A DNA stretch of 63,312 bases, the filler included, from Octopus bimaculoides (lineage: Eukaryota): NCBI RefSeq assembly GCF_001194135.2. It is 4 parts of 4 records of this genome, joined end to end, with 100 filler letters (N's around TTAATTAATTAA, not from the genome) between each part and the next. Parts side by side here need not be neighbours in the genome. Positions count along the whole stretch, not along the records: positions 30,413 to 57,429 come from NC_068995.1; positions 57,530 to 61,219 come from NC_069005.1; positions 61,320 to 63,312 come from NC_068987.1; 1 more part is not named here. One strand, given 5' to 3'. Below are positions 50,081 to 61,949 of this stretch, piece after piece. Positions within the stretch are counted from its first letter, which is position 1, and each line of letters opens with the position of its first letter. Under the pieces are notes generated by a model. The model searched no databases and had not been told where the DNA came from. It saw only the letters and a list, made by a program, of their open reading frames with translations. The position numbers and the translations under genes are program-made.

Positions 50081-50150
50081 CGAAGTAGCCGAATGGTTAA
50101 AGCGTAGAACTCTGAGATATAAGGATTTAGGTTCAAACTGAGGTCGTGAC
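50081..50150 (+). promoter_or_regulatory. Degenerate tRNA-like segment (A and B boxes), probably a SINE head
   Basis: tagccgaatggttaaagcg (A box), actctga loop-like motif, ggttcaaact (B box); stems do not pair. Confidence 0.45.
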
Positions 50151-50280
50151 GTTCGCCGATTGGTGAAGAAATCTCCTTCGCAATGGCTCGGTTCTGGCTT
50201 TAGTTTCATTGTTTGGTGCCTTATGCAAATGTTTGTTAATATAAAGTCCCGTTTCCTTGGTAATTAATCTAGCAATTTGC

Positions 50281-50450
50281 TTATGAAGTTCACTTCCCAG
50301 CCACATGCTTCTTGGTTCGGTCCCACTCACAAGGCTTTGGTCGAGCTGAGGCTATAGTAGAAGACACTTACCAAAGGTGCCACGTAGTGGGACTGAACCC
50401 GGAACCATGTGGTTAGTAAGCAAGCTACTTACGATAAAGCCAGGCCTGCG

Positions 50451-50451
<1 letters not shown>
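50281..50451. mobile_element. Two SINE family A heads fused in inverted orientation
   Basis: Plus-strand head 50281-50327 joins at ccact (50323-50327) to a minus-strand 5' half 50323-50451. Confidence 0.8.
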
Positions 50452-50486
<35 letters not shown>

Positions 50487-50937
50487 NNNNNNNNNNNNNN
50501 NNNNNNNNNNNNNNNNNNNNNNNNNNNNNNNNNNNNNNNNNNNNNNNNNNNNNNNNNNNNNNNNNNNNNNNNNNNNNNNNNNNNNNNNNNNNNNNNNNNN
50601 NNNNNNNNNNNNNNNNNNNNNNNNNNNNNNNNNNNNNNNNNNNNNNNNNNNNNNNNNNNNNNNNNNNNNNNNNNNNNNNNNNNNNNNNNNNNNNNNNNNN
50701 NNNNNNNNNNNNNNNNNNNNNNNNNNNNNNNNNNNNNNNNNNNNNNNNNNNNNNNNNNNNNNNNNNNNNNNNNNNNNNNNNNNNNNNNNNNNNNNNNNNN
50801 NNNNNNNNNNNNNNNNNNNNNNNNNNNNNNNNNNNNNNNNNNNNNNNNNNNNNNNNNNNNNNNNNNNNNNNNNNNNNNNNNNNNNNNNNNNNNNNNNNNN
50901 NNNNNNNNNNNNNNNNNNNNTATATATATATATATTC

Positions 50938-51125
50938 TTTTATTGTTTCATCGGTTTCAGCTAAAGGCTGCGGCCATGCTGGGGCGAGCAGTGGTTGTGT
51001 ATTTTTTCGTTTCTGCCATTTGACAGTGGCCATGCTACAGCAAAGCATTGATGTATTTGACTCTTGTACCAATATTTTCTCCCAATCGTATTTTGTCGGA
51101 CTCCGCTTGATGATGTAGTTCACAA
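50938..51125 (-). mobile_element. LINE/SINE-A tail remnants (two tails in tandem)
   Basis: gtttcagctaaaggctgcggccatgctgggg (LINE-type tail), then tttctgccatttgacagtggccatgct (SINE-A-type tail). Confidence 0.6.
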
Positions 51126-51388
51126 GAAAACACGAAAAGCATGAGAGAAAAATACAACACACACACACACACTCACACACACACACACACACACTCACAC
51201 ACATACATACATACATACATACATACATACATACTTACATACTTACATACATACGTAGGCACGCATTTGCACATACACAGCACACATCAGCTCAATTAGC
51301 CGCAACGTAATTGAGCCTTAAACTGTATGGCTGCGTAGTGAACTTCTTAACCACAGCCATATGTAATGTATATCTATCTATCTATCTA

Positions 51389-51423
<35 letters not shown>

Positions 51424-51441
51424 TCCGAGAGAGAGAGAGAG

Positions 51442-51490
<49 letters not shown>

Positions 51491-52856
51491 CATATATATA
51501 CATTTATGTATTATATATATNNNNNNNNNNNNNNNNNNNNNNNNNNNNNNNNNNNNNNNNNNNNNNNNNNNNNNNNNNNNNNNNNNNNNNNNNNNNNNNN
51601 NNNNNNNNNNNNNNNNNNNNNNNNNNNNNNNNNNNNNNNNNNNNNNNNNNNNNNNNNNNNNNNNNNNNNNNNNNNNNNNNNNNNNNNNNNNNNNNNNNNN
51701 NNNNNNNNNNNNNNNNNNNNNNNNNNNNNNNNNNNNNNNNNNNNNNNNNNNNNNNNNNNNNNNNNNNNNNNNNNNNNNNNNNNNNNNNNNNNNNNNNNNN
51801 NNNNNNNNNNNNNNNNNNNNNNNNNNNNNNNNNNNNNNNNNNNNNNNNNNNNNNNNNNNNNNNNNNNNNNNNNNNNNNNNNNNNNNNNNNNNNNNNNNNN
51901 NNNNNNNNNNNNNNNNNNNNNNNNNNNNNNNNNNNNNNNNNNNNNNNNNNNNNNNNNNNNNNNNNNNNNNNNNNNNNNNNNNNNNNNNNNNNNNNNNNNN
52001 NNNNNNNNNNNNNNNNNNNNNNNNNNNNNNNNNNNNNNNNNNNNNNNNNNNNNNNNNNNNNNNNNNNNNNNNNNNNNNNNNNNNNNNNNNNNNNNNNNNN
52101 NNNNNNNNNNNNNNNNNNNNNNNNNNNNNNNNNNNNNNNNNNNNNNNNNNNNNNNNNNNNNNNNNNNNNNNNNNNNNNNNNNGTAAACATGATACATTTT
52201 TCTTGAATTTAAGTAAACTTCAGCTAAATTTAAATAAATTAACTTAAATACAACAACCGAATAAATATTTAAAGACATAAATATAAACTTTTTTTTTCAT
52301 TAAAATGTCGATCTTTTTTTTTTACTTGTCTATTTTTTTTTTACTTTCCCTTTGTTTTTTTTGTTTTGTTTCTTATTTTTCTAAAATTTAAAACTGGTTT
52401 AAGAAATTCGTTTGAGTCTCTAATACAACACGTTCTGATTAATGTCTTCGTTAGAGCAACATGTCAAAAGAATTCGGTTGGTTAATCTCCTAAGATTTGC
52501 GTTTGAGCAAAATATGGTGTAAAATAAGTGCTGTATAGACGGATAGTTAAGATGTTTTTACGTCGCATCTATGATGTTTTCGGAATCGGCCTCATTTGTG
52601 CTATCTTGGGCAAATTTCACTTTCTTGCATTCATCCATATTTTGTGAGTGAAACTGGGCAAACTAAAAATGTATAGAAGTCAATGAAATGGATTGTACAC
52701 GTAAATCAATAAGTATAGACATGTCACACACACTCACTCGTACGCACACACACGCANNNNNNNNNNNNNNNNNNNNNNNNNNNNNNNNNNNNNNNNNNNN
52801 NNNNNNNNNNNNNNNNNNNNNNNNNNNNNNNNNNNNNNNNNNNNNNNNNNNNNNNN

Positions 52857-53085
52857 GTTTCAGCTCGAGAGCTGCGGACATGCTGGGGCACAACCGTTTG
52901 CTTTGCTACTCTTTCATTAATCCTCTTCTGATATTTGGGGAAATGAGAGAGTTTGATGTTGCCGCCCTCATCTGCGTTTCTTGCCGCGAAGCAGGTTCAT
53001 CCGGAACGCTTCACAGGAGGAGATCCAGTTTTGTTTTGAAGACGACTATATCCACCCGAATAGGTCTCTGAGGCTTTGTATGAGG
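52857..53085 (-). mobile_element. CR1/L2-type LINE 3' end
   Basis: Minus strand LRDLF[shift]VDIVVFKTKLDLLL*SVPDEPASRQETQMRAATSNSLI..., then tail gtgccccagcatgtccgcagctctcgagctgaaac. Confidence 0.88.
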
Positions 53086-53208
53086 ATATATATGGATGGA
53101 TGGGTGGATAGATGGATGGATGGGTGGATAGATAGATAGATAGATAGATAGATAGGTTTCTTTATTAGCCACACAGGGCTCAACACAGAGGGGACAAANN
53201 NNNNNNNN

Positions 53209-53250
<42 letters not shown>

Positions 53251-53350
53251 GAGATAGATAGATAGATATAAGGCAAAAAATAGAATATATTAGTATGTAT
53301 GTATGTGTGTATGTATGTATGCGTGTGTGTATGTATGCATGTGTGCGTGG

Positions 53351-53518
53351 ATACGACAGGCTTCCACACAGTTTTCGTCTACTAAATTCACTCAGAAGAC
53401 ATTGGTGGGCCTGGAACCCGGGGCTATACTAGAATGACACTTGCCCCAAGATGTCGCGCATTCGGGCTAAACTCGAAGCTAGACGGTTGCAATACCAGCT
53501 TCCTAACCACAGAGCCAT
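53351..53518 (-). mobile_element. SINE family A 5' half, decayed
   Basis: atacgacaggcttccacacagttttcgtctactaaattcactc...gacacttgcccc...cttcctaaccacagagccatg. Confidence 0.75.
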
Positions 53519-54406
53519 GTATGTTGAAAAATATTTTAAGAATTTTTATGGAATGGCAATTGTCGGTTAACGATATTTCGCGACACATAAATTTTTAGTG
53601 GGACTCTTTGAAAAGGCATTAATCTACAAATGTTCCAACTCCATTCTCTCGGTAAATATACGCCCTTGTCTCTTGTGGAAAAGACAAACAAATATATATA
53701 AAGGTTTATGATAAATGAATGTCGAATGCTATAAAACATGAGTCGAGATCCAGTTTCGATAAGTTGTTGACAGGTAGATTTATTTATTTATACATTTATT
53801 TATTTATATTTTGTTTATTTATTTAGTTATTTTTTGCAGGAGAATCTAATATATGCCATCTTATGAATTTAAGAAAAAAAAATCTCAAACATCATTCATG
53901 AACGTCAACGTTGTTCAGTGTCGTACGGTTTAAAAACTTGTCATTCACTCCTTATTGAATTATGTTCTCTATTTAACAATAGCCGATATAAAGTTTCGTT
54001 GATTAGCTGGTTGGTTGATTGATATCTTCAGCCATGCTTTACATAGAGTGTTGATGAGTGAGAGCAACAGAGAGAAGGTGGGGGGGAGATTTAACGGTGA
54101 TGGAACCCATTAGACGGCAAGAGTCACACAAGGAGGAGAAGAGAGAGTAAGCGACAAATTAGTTTTGGGAGGTTTTTATGTATACAAACATGAAATTGTT
54201 TAATATTATTTTAAGCCCATAAATATACTTCTTTTGAAAATTAGAATTATTTTCTTCATTTTGTATAAGTATCAAGTAATTTGATAAAAGTTAACTTATG
54301 GCTATTGTATGAATCCCATATTTCCTCATATTTCCCACGGTAGCAAAGGGATATTTCCAAAGTTACTCATCATATGAGAGTAACACTCTACTATTTTAAT
54401 AATGGG

Positions 54407-54606
54407 CTTTAAATTTTGGCACAAGACCAGTAATTTCGGGTAAGTGGGAGAGCCGAAAACATCGATTCCAGTGCTCGACTGGTATTTATTTTATCGACTT
54501 CGAAAGGATGAAAGGCGAAGTCGACCTCGGCAGAATTTGAACTGAAAACGCAGACAGACGAATGGCCGCTAAGCATATTGTCTGGCGAACAAACAGTTCT
54601 GCCAGC
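54407..54606 (-). mobile_element. SINE family B, near full length
   Basis: aaattttggcacaagaccagtaatttcgg...aaaggatgaaaggcgaagtcgacctcggcagaatttgaact...ttctgccagc. Confidence 0.92.
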
Positions 54607-54954
54607 TTGTGTAAATATCTTCATATTTTGATATTACAAGCATTTTATTTTAGCATTAGCTATTACATCAGTTTCTATCTAGTCAAGCTCTATACGAGAA
54701 ATAGCAGAACATTTTTCCTAAGTTTACTCGCTACATCGATAAAATTCATTCGATAAAGCGGTCTTTCAATATTCTAAAATGGCCGAGGACCTGCAATATC
54801 TTTCACCTGATGCTCGATTAGGGTTTAGGACTAAACAACTTTACCACCAACAGCAGCAATAGCAGAATGTTCTATTGTAATAGTGGAGCCCTTATGTAAT
54901 TATTGAACCAGAATCAAACTTCACTCAAAAGCCAGTCGACAATCATTTCTTTTT

Positions 54955-55352
54955 CTCTTCTCTCTTTTACTTGATTCAGTCATTTGACTGTGGCCATGCT
55001 GGAGCACTGCCTTTAGTCGAGCATATCGAGCCCAGGACTTATTCTTTGTAAGCCTAGTACTTATTCTATCGGTCTCTTATGCCGAACCGCTAAGTTACTG
55101 GGACGTAAACACACCAGCATCGGTTGTCAAGCGATGGTGGGGGACAAACACAGACACACAAATATATACACACACACATACATATATATATACATATATA
55201 CGACGGACTTCCTTCAGTTTCCGTCTACCAAATCCTCTCACAAGGCTTTGGTCGGCCCGAGGCTATAGTAGAAGCCACTTGTCCAAGGTTCCACGCAGTG
55301 GGAAAGAACCCGGAACCATGCGGTTGGTAAGCAAGCTACTTACCACACAGCC
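54955..55352 (-). mobile_element. SINE family A, full length (best-preserved copy)
   Basis: tRNA-like head (gtggtaagtagcttgcttaccaacc..ggttccgggttc), CORE-like ccttggacaagt segment, internal (CA)/(TA)n, central domain and CR1-like tail. Confidence 0.95.
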
Positions 55353-55459
55353 TTTGGTTTTTATTTTTTCAAAATGACAAAACAAAAATGAAAAGAATAA
55401 GAATTGACACATCGGATAATGTAATCCTTGATGCACTATATCTGAAAATACGAAGAGAT

Positions 55460-55519
55460 GGTACACCAGCATGGCCACAGTCAAATGACTGAAACGAGTA
55501 TAAAAGAATAAAAGAATAA
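55460..55519 (+). mobile_element. SINE family A tail, inverted relative to 54955
   Basis: ggtacaccagcatggccacagtcaaatgactgaaacgagtataaaagaataaaagaat. Confidence 0.88.
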
Positions 55520-56197
55520 GCGAATTACTAACTTTGAAACATGTGTAATCAAAGACGAGTTTTAAAAAATGGTCCACGTATGGACTACTTGTTAAACCCA
55601 GCAGAAATCTAACAGCATAAGATATTTAATAAATAACAGCTCGGTTTACCTACAGGCACATCATGGCTTCATACTACCCTTGCAGCAAAGAGTAACGCCC
55701 TAAGGGAAAAAATATTTCTGACGTTGATCGATCCCTTTCTACGCCGCTCCATTGCCGATTTCCTGCTCAGAAACACAATACTCGCAGTAGAGTATCTTGC
55801 AGAGCTTCTTTCGAATATATGTTAATCTTTTCGTTCTCGTATATATGCGTGCTAATATATTTATGCATGCGTATAAGTGTTTGAACGTGTGTGTAAGTAT
55901 ATCTGGTAATGTATATGTGTATGCTTATAAGTGTGTGAAAGTATCTCTGTGTGTATGTATGTGTGTGTGCATTAATGTATATTTCTGGATGTGTGTGTCT
56001 GTATGTTTGTGTATGTGTTAATGTATGATAGTATGGATGTGTCAAGGACGACGGGACCGAATATTGAAAAAAATACACCATTTTGTTAGTTGTTTTCGAA
56101 TCACATGGCACTAGGTTTAAATATGTGTGCGTGTGTGTATGTATGTATATATGCATGAACACATATATATACACACACGCATTTATACACATATATG

Positions 56198-56232
<35 letters not shown>

Positions 56233-56710
56233 NNNNNNNNNNNNNNNNNNNNNNNNNNNNNNNNNNNNNNNNNNNNNNNNNNNNNNNNNNNNNNNNNNNN
56301 NNNNNNNNNNNNNNNNNNNNNNNNNNNNNNNNNNNNNNNNNNNNNNNNNNNNNNNNNNNNNNNNNNNNNNNNNNNNNNNNNNNNNNNNNNNNNNNNNNNN
56401 NNNNNNNNNNNNNNNNNNNNNNNNNNNNNNNNNNNNNNNNNNNNNNNNNNNNNNNNNNNNNNNNNNNNNNNNNNNNNNNNNNNNNNNNNNNNNNNNNNNN
56501 NNNNNNNNNNNNNNNNNNNNNNNNNNNNNNNNNNNNNNNNNNNNNNNNNNNNNNNNNNNNNNNNNNNNNNNNNNNNNNNNNNNNNNNNNNNNNNNNNNNN
56601 NNNNNNNNNNNNNNNNNNNNNNNNNNNNNNNNNNNNNNNNNNNNNNNNNNNNNNNNNNNNNNNNNNNNNNNNNNNNNNNNNNNNNNNNNNNNNNNNNNNN
56701 NNNNNNNNNN

Positions 56711-56785
<75 letters not shown>

Positions 56786-57073
56786 TACATACATACATAC
56801 ATATATACATACATACATACATACATGCATATACGTATACATGCATATACGTATACATACATGCACATATATTAAGACATATACACTTATTCACATTCAC
56901 CTAACATTTTCTCGTCTCTTCCCCTGAAGCCACTGTTGTCTTGAAACCTTCCTGTTCCTGCGTTTTGTGGAATCAAAACAAACCCTTTACCGGATGTCCG
57001 TTTTCCACGGGACATTGCCTATGCAGCAACCAATCACATTTCGCGGCTGACTACGTTCTAATTATTCCATGGG

Positions 57074-57319
57074 TTAAATAAAATTATCATCGTTCATATC
57101 GTCGTCCATATGATCATCACCACCACCACCACCACCATCATCATCGTCATCATCATCATCATCATCATCATCATCGTCGTCGTCGTCGTCGTCGTCGTCA
57201 TCCACATGATCATCATCATCTAGGTCATTCTCGTCATCTTCATTATACTTCATGATCACCAATCTCTTAACCATCACTACCACCACCGACACCACCACCA
57301 CCACCACCACCACCACCAG

Positions 57320-57350
<31 letters not shown>

Positions 57351-57429
57351 GTCGTCGCCGCCGTCGTCGTCGTCATCAACAACAACATTATTACCTGCGT
57401 TATCGTTGTGGCCATCATCATTATCATCA
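57074..57429. repeat. Compound trinucleotide mosaic (ATC/ACC/GTC/AAC)n
   Basis: In-register switching trinucleotide runs; similar tracts at 27920-28155, 43870-43980, 47100-47160 and 63040-63312. Confidence 0.9.
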
Positions 57430-57529
57430 NNNNNNNNNNNNNNNNNNNNNNNNNNNNNNNNNNNNNNNNNNNNTTAATTAATTAANNNNNNNNNNNNNNN
57501 NNNNNNNNNNNNNNNNNNNNNNNNNNNNN
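57430..57529. other. Artificial scaffold-join linker 44N-TTAATTAATTAA-44N
   Basis: Same 100-bp structure as at 30313. Confidence 0.95.
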
Positions 57530-60500
57530 GTTCGTTAGTTCGTTCGTTCATTGGGTCGTTCGTTCGTTCCTTAATTTCGTTCAGTCGTTCGTACGTACAT
57601 ACGTTAGTTCGTTCGTACGTACGTACATTCGTTCGTTCGTACGTACGTACATTCGTTCGATCGTTCCTACGTACGGATGTATGTACGTTCATTTGTTTGT
57701 TCGTTCGATATTTCTTTCGTACGCAAGTGCGTACGTACGTTCGTTTGTTCATTCTAATGTACGTACGTACGCTCGTTCGTTCGGACGTACGCTCGTTCGT
57801 ACGGACGTATGTACGCACGTTCCTTCGTTCGCTCTATCGTACGTACGTTTGTTTCTTCGTACGTACGCACGTACGTTCTTTCGTTCAGTCGTACGTTAGT
57901 TCTTTCCTTCGTTCGTTCTTTAGTTAGTTCGTTCCTTCGTATGTACGTTCGTTCCTTTGCTCGGTCTTTCGTTCGTACGTACGTTCGTTCTGCCATTCAT
58001 CGTACGTACGTACATTCGTTTCTTGGTTCGTTCGTTCGTTAGTTCTTTCGTTTGTTCGTTCGTTGGTATGTACGTTCATTTGTTCATTCGTACGTACCTA
58101 CTTAGGTTCGTATTTACGTACGTACGTTCGTTCCTTCGATCGCTCGTTCGTTCATACGTACTTATCTACGTACGTACGTTCGTTCATTCGTTCGTACGTA
58201 CGTAATTACGTTCGTTTCTTCGTACTTACGTAGGTTCGAAGGAACAAAAGTACGTACGTACGTACGAACGAACGAACGAAAGTGCGAACGATCGAACGAA
58301 TGAGCAATGAAAGAACGTAATTACGTACGTTCTTTCGTTCGTTCGATCGTTCGTTCGCTCGTACGTACCTTCGTTTGTTCGTACGTACTTTCGTTCGTTC
58401 TTTTGTTCCTTCGTTCGTTCATTCCTTCTTTCGTTTGTGAATTCGTTCGTTCCTACTTGCGTTCATTCGTTCGTTTGTTCCTTCGTACGTACGGTTGTTC
58501 TTTCGTTCAGACGTATGTACCTGCGATTGTTCGTTAAATCGTTTGTTCACTCTTTCGTTCATTCCTTCGTTCGTTCCTTAATTTCGTTCAGTCGTTCGTA
58601 CGTACATACGTTAGTACATTCGTTCGATCGTTCCTACGTACGGATGTATGTACGTACGTTCGTTTGTCTGTTCGTTCGATTTTTCTTTCGTTCGCAAGTG
58701 CATACGCTCGTTCGTTTGTACGTACGGACGTATGTTCGGTCGTTCGTTAGTTCTTTCCTTCGTTCGTTCTTTAGTTAGTTCGATCCTTTGTATGTACGTT
58801 CGTTTGTACGTTCGTGCGTGCATACGTATGTACGTACGTACGTTCGTTCGTACCTACGTACGTAATTACGATCGTTCGTTCGTACTTACGTACGTAAATA
58901 CGTTCGGACTTTCGTTTGTACGTACGTACGTACAATCGTTAGTTCCTTCGTACGTTCGCTCGTTCATTCGTTTCTTCATACGTACGTACGTACTATCGTT
59001 CGTTCGTTCTTTCGTACGTACGGACGTATGTATATGATTCGGTTCGCTCATACGTACGTTCGATCTTTCGATCGTTCGTGCGTACATTCGTTTCTTCGAT
59101 CGTTCGTTCATTCGTTCGTACCTACGTACCTACTTACGTTCGTTCGTTCCTTCATTCGTTCTGTCTTTTGTTTGTTCGATCGTTAGTTCGTTCATACTTA
59201 CGTACGAACGTTCGTTCGTCGTTCGTTTTTACGTACATTCGTTCATTCTTTCGTACGTAGGTACTTGCGAACGTACATCGCACGTACGTTCGTTCTTTCG
59301 TACTTACCAACGTACGTTCGTTCTTTCGTTCGTACGTATTTACGTACGTAAGTTCGTTCGTTCGTTCGTACGTATGTTCGTTTGTTCGTACGTACGTACG
59401 TTCGCTCGTCCATCCGTTCGTTCGTACTGACGTACCTTCGTTCGTTCGTACATACGTACGTACGTACCTACCTACCTACCTTCGTTCGTTCATTCGTTCG
59501 TACGTAAGTACGTACGTTCATTCGTTAGTTCGTTCGATCGTTTGTAAGTACATTCGTTTGTCCGAACGTTCGTTTCTTCGTACTATGTACGTTCGTACGT
59601 ACATACTTTAGTTCATTCGTTCGTACGTACGTAAATTCGTTCGATCGTTCCTACGTACGTTCGTTTGTTTGGTCGTTCGATATTTCTTTCGTACGCAAGT
59701 GCGTACGTACTTACGTTCGGACGTACGCTCGTTCGTTCGTTCGTACGTATGTACGCACGTTCCTTCGTTCGCTCTATCGTACGTACGCACGTACGTTCTT
59801 TCGTTCGGTCGTACGTTAGTTCTTTCCTTCGTTCGTTCTTTCGTATGTACGTTCGTACGTACCTTCGATCGTTCGTCCGCACGTACGTACGTTCGTTCGT
59901 AATTACGATCGTTCGTTCGTATTTACGTACGTAAATACTTTCGTTCGTTCGTACATACGTAATTGCGTACGTACGTTCTTTCATTCGTTCGTACGTACGT
60001 ACGTGCGTATGTACGTTCAATCGTTAGTTCCTTCCTACGTTCGTGCGTTCATTCATTTCGTTTCTTCGTTCCTTCATACGTACTATCGTTCGTTCGTTCC
60101 TTCATTCGTTCTGTCTTTTGTTTGTTCGATCGTTAGTTCGTTTGTACTTACGTACGTTCGTTAATTCTTTCGTACGTAGGTACTTGCGAACGTACATCGT
60201 ACGTACGTTCGCTCGATCGTTCTTTCGTACTTACCAGCGTACGTTCTTTCGTTCGTACGTATTTACGTACCTACGTTCGTTCGTTCATTCGTTCGTACGT
60301 ACCTACTTCGTTCGATCGTTCCTACGTACGTTCGTTCGTTCGTTCGCACGTACATTCTTTTGTTTGTTCGTTCGTTTGTTCATTCTAATGTACGTACCTA
60401 CGTTCGGACGTACGGTCGTTCGTTCGTTCGTACGGACGTATGTACGCACGTTTCTTCGTACGTTCTTTAGTTCGGTCGTTCGTTAGTTCTTTAATTAGTT

Positions 60501-61043
60501 CGTTCCTTCGTATGTACGTACGTACGTTCGTTCGTTCAGTCGTTCGTACGTACGTACATACGTTAGTTCATTCGTTCGTACGTACGTACATTCGTTCGCT
60601 CGTTCCTACGTTCGGATGTATGTACGTACGTTCGTTCGTTCGTACGTACGTTCGATCTTTCTTTCGTTCGCTAGTGCGTGCGTGCCTTCGGTTGTTCGTT
60701 CGTTTGTTCATTCTAATGTGCGTACTACGTACGTTCGTTCGTTCGTACGTACCTACGTTCGGACGTACGCTCGTTCGTTCCTACGTACGGACGTATGTAC
60801 GCACGTCCCTTCGTTCGCACGTACGTTTGTTTCATCAAACGTACTCACGTACGTTCTTTCGTTCGGTAGTTCTTTCCTTCGTATGTACGTACGTCCGTAC
60901 GTTCGTTCTTTCGTACATTCGCTCGTTCCTTCATTTCTTTTCTTCATTCATTCGTTCGTATGTACGTACTATCGTTCATTCGTACATATGTACGTAAGTT
61001 CATTCGCTCGTTCATACGTACGGATACGTTTCCGTTCGCTCAT
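57530..61043 (+). repeat. ~3.5-kb (TTCG/TACG)n satellite with ~1-kb higher-order repeat
   Basis: 4-bp base period T(T/A)CG; the rare marker tttctttcgtWcgcWagtgc recurs at about 57710, 58681, 59683 and 60658. Confidence 0.95.
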
Positions 61044-61088
61044 AAATAAATATATATATAAATATATAAATATATATTTTTTTTCTTT

Positions 61089-61219
61089 AAGTTTCAGCTT
61101 AGAGCTGCGGCCATGCTGATGCACCACCGTGTTGCTACACTGTTATTACAGGGAGCCTCTTACAATATGTGGCACTTGGTGAAGAATGGAGTTTGATTTA
61201 GCAACCCTCATTTGCACCT
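61089..61219 (-). mobile_element. CR1/L2-type LINE 3' end, cut by linker
   Basis: Minus strand VQMRVAKSNSILHQVPHIVRGSL* (compare TQMRAATSNSLI at 52857), then ggtggtgcatcagcatggccgcagctctaagctgaaac. Confidence 0.82.
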
Positions 61220-61319
61220 NNNNNNNNNNNNNNNNNNNNNNNNNNNNNNNNNNNNNNNNNNNNTTAATTAATTAANNNNNNNNNNNNNNNNNNNNNNNNN
61301 NNNNNNNNNNNNNNNNNNN
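61220..61319. other. Artificial scaffold-join linker 44N-TTAATTAATTAA-44N
   Basis: Same 100-bp structure as at 30313. Confidence 0.95.
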
Positions 61320-61327
61320 CCTTTATG

Positions 61328-61373
<46 letters not shown>

Positions 61374-61383
61374 TGATGATGAT

Positions 61384-61582
61384 TTTAAGTTTTGGCACAA
61401 GGCCAGCAATCTCGGGGAACGGTGTAAGTCGATTACATGGGCCCCAGTGCTCAACTGGTACTTATTTTATCGAAGACGGAAGAATAAGAGTTAGTTAACC
61501 TCGGTGGAATTTGGACACAAAGCGTGAAGATGGACGAAATGCCGCTAAGCATTTTTCCCGGAATGCTTACGATTCTGCCAGC
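61384..61582 (-). mobile_element. SINE family B between (AAT)n tracts
   Basis: ttttggcacaaggccagcaat...gtaagtcgattacat..ccccagtgctcaactggtacttattttatcga...gacgaaatgccgctaagcattt..acgattctgccagc. Confidence 0.9.
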
Positions 61583-61614
61583 TTTATAATGATAATAATA
61601 ATAATAATAAATAT

Positions 61615-61949
61615 ACAAGAGCACTCAGAGAGCGCAAATCTCCACCAAGGCAACACCAACATCCTCTCAATGATTAACCAGAGATGATTTTTAAAATGAG
61701 AATATCTGAAATAAACTCGACTGCTCTCACAAACGAGAATACTAAAAATGAGCGCGACCGCTCTCAAAAATTAAGTAAAAAAAGCAGATAAAATAATCCA
61801 GAATCCTTGTCCGGTACCGGATGGATCCCAAAATCTAATCAGTTCGTGCTAGTCACAAGGCCAAATATCCCTGAAAGTTTCATCCGAATTCATCCAGCGG
61901 TTCTTGAGGTATCTTGTCCACGGACAAACAAACAAACACGACTGAAAAC

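Noticed and set aside
57474-61119. Many 60-185-aa ORFs rich in RSFV / RTYV / RTNE
   Set aside because: Translation of the (TWCG)n satellite.
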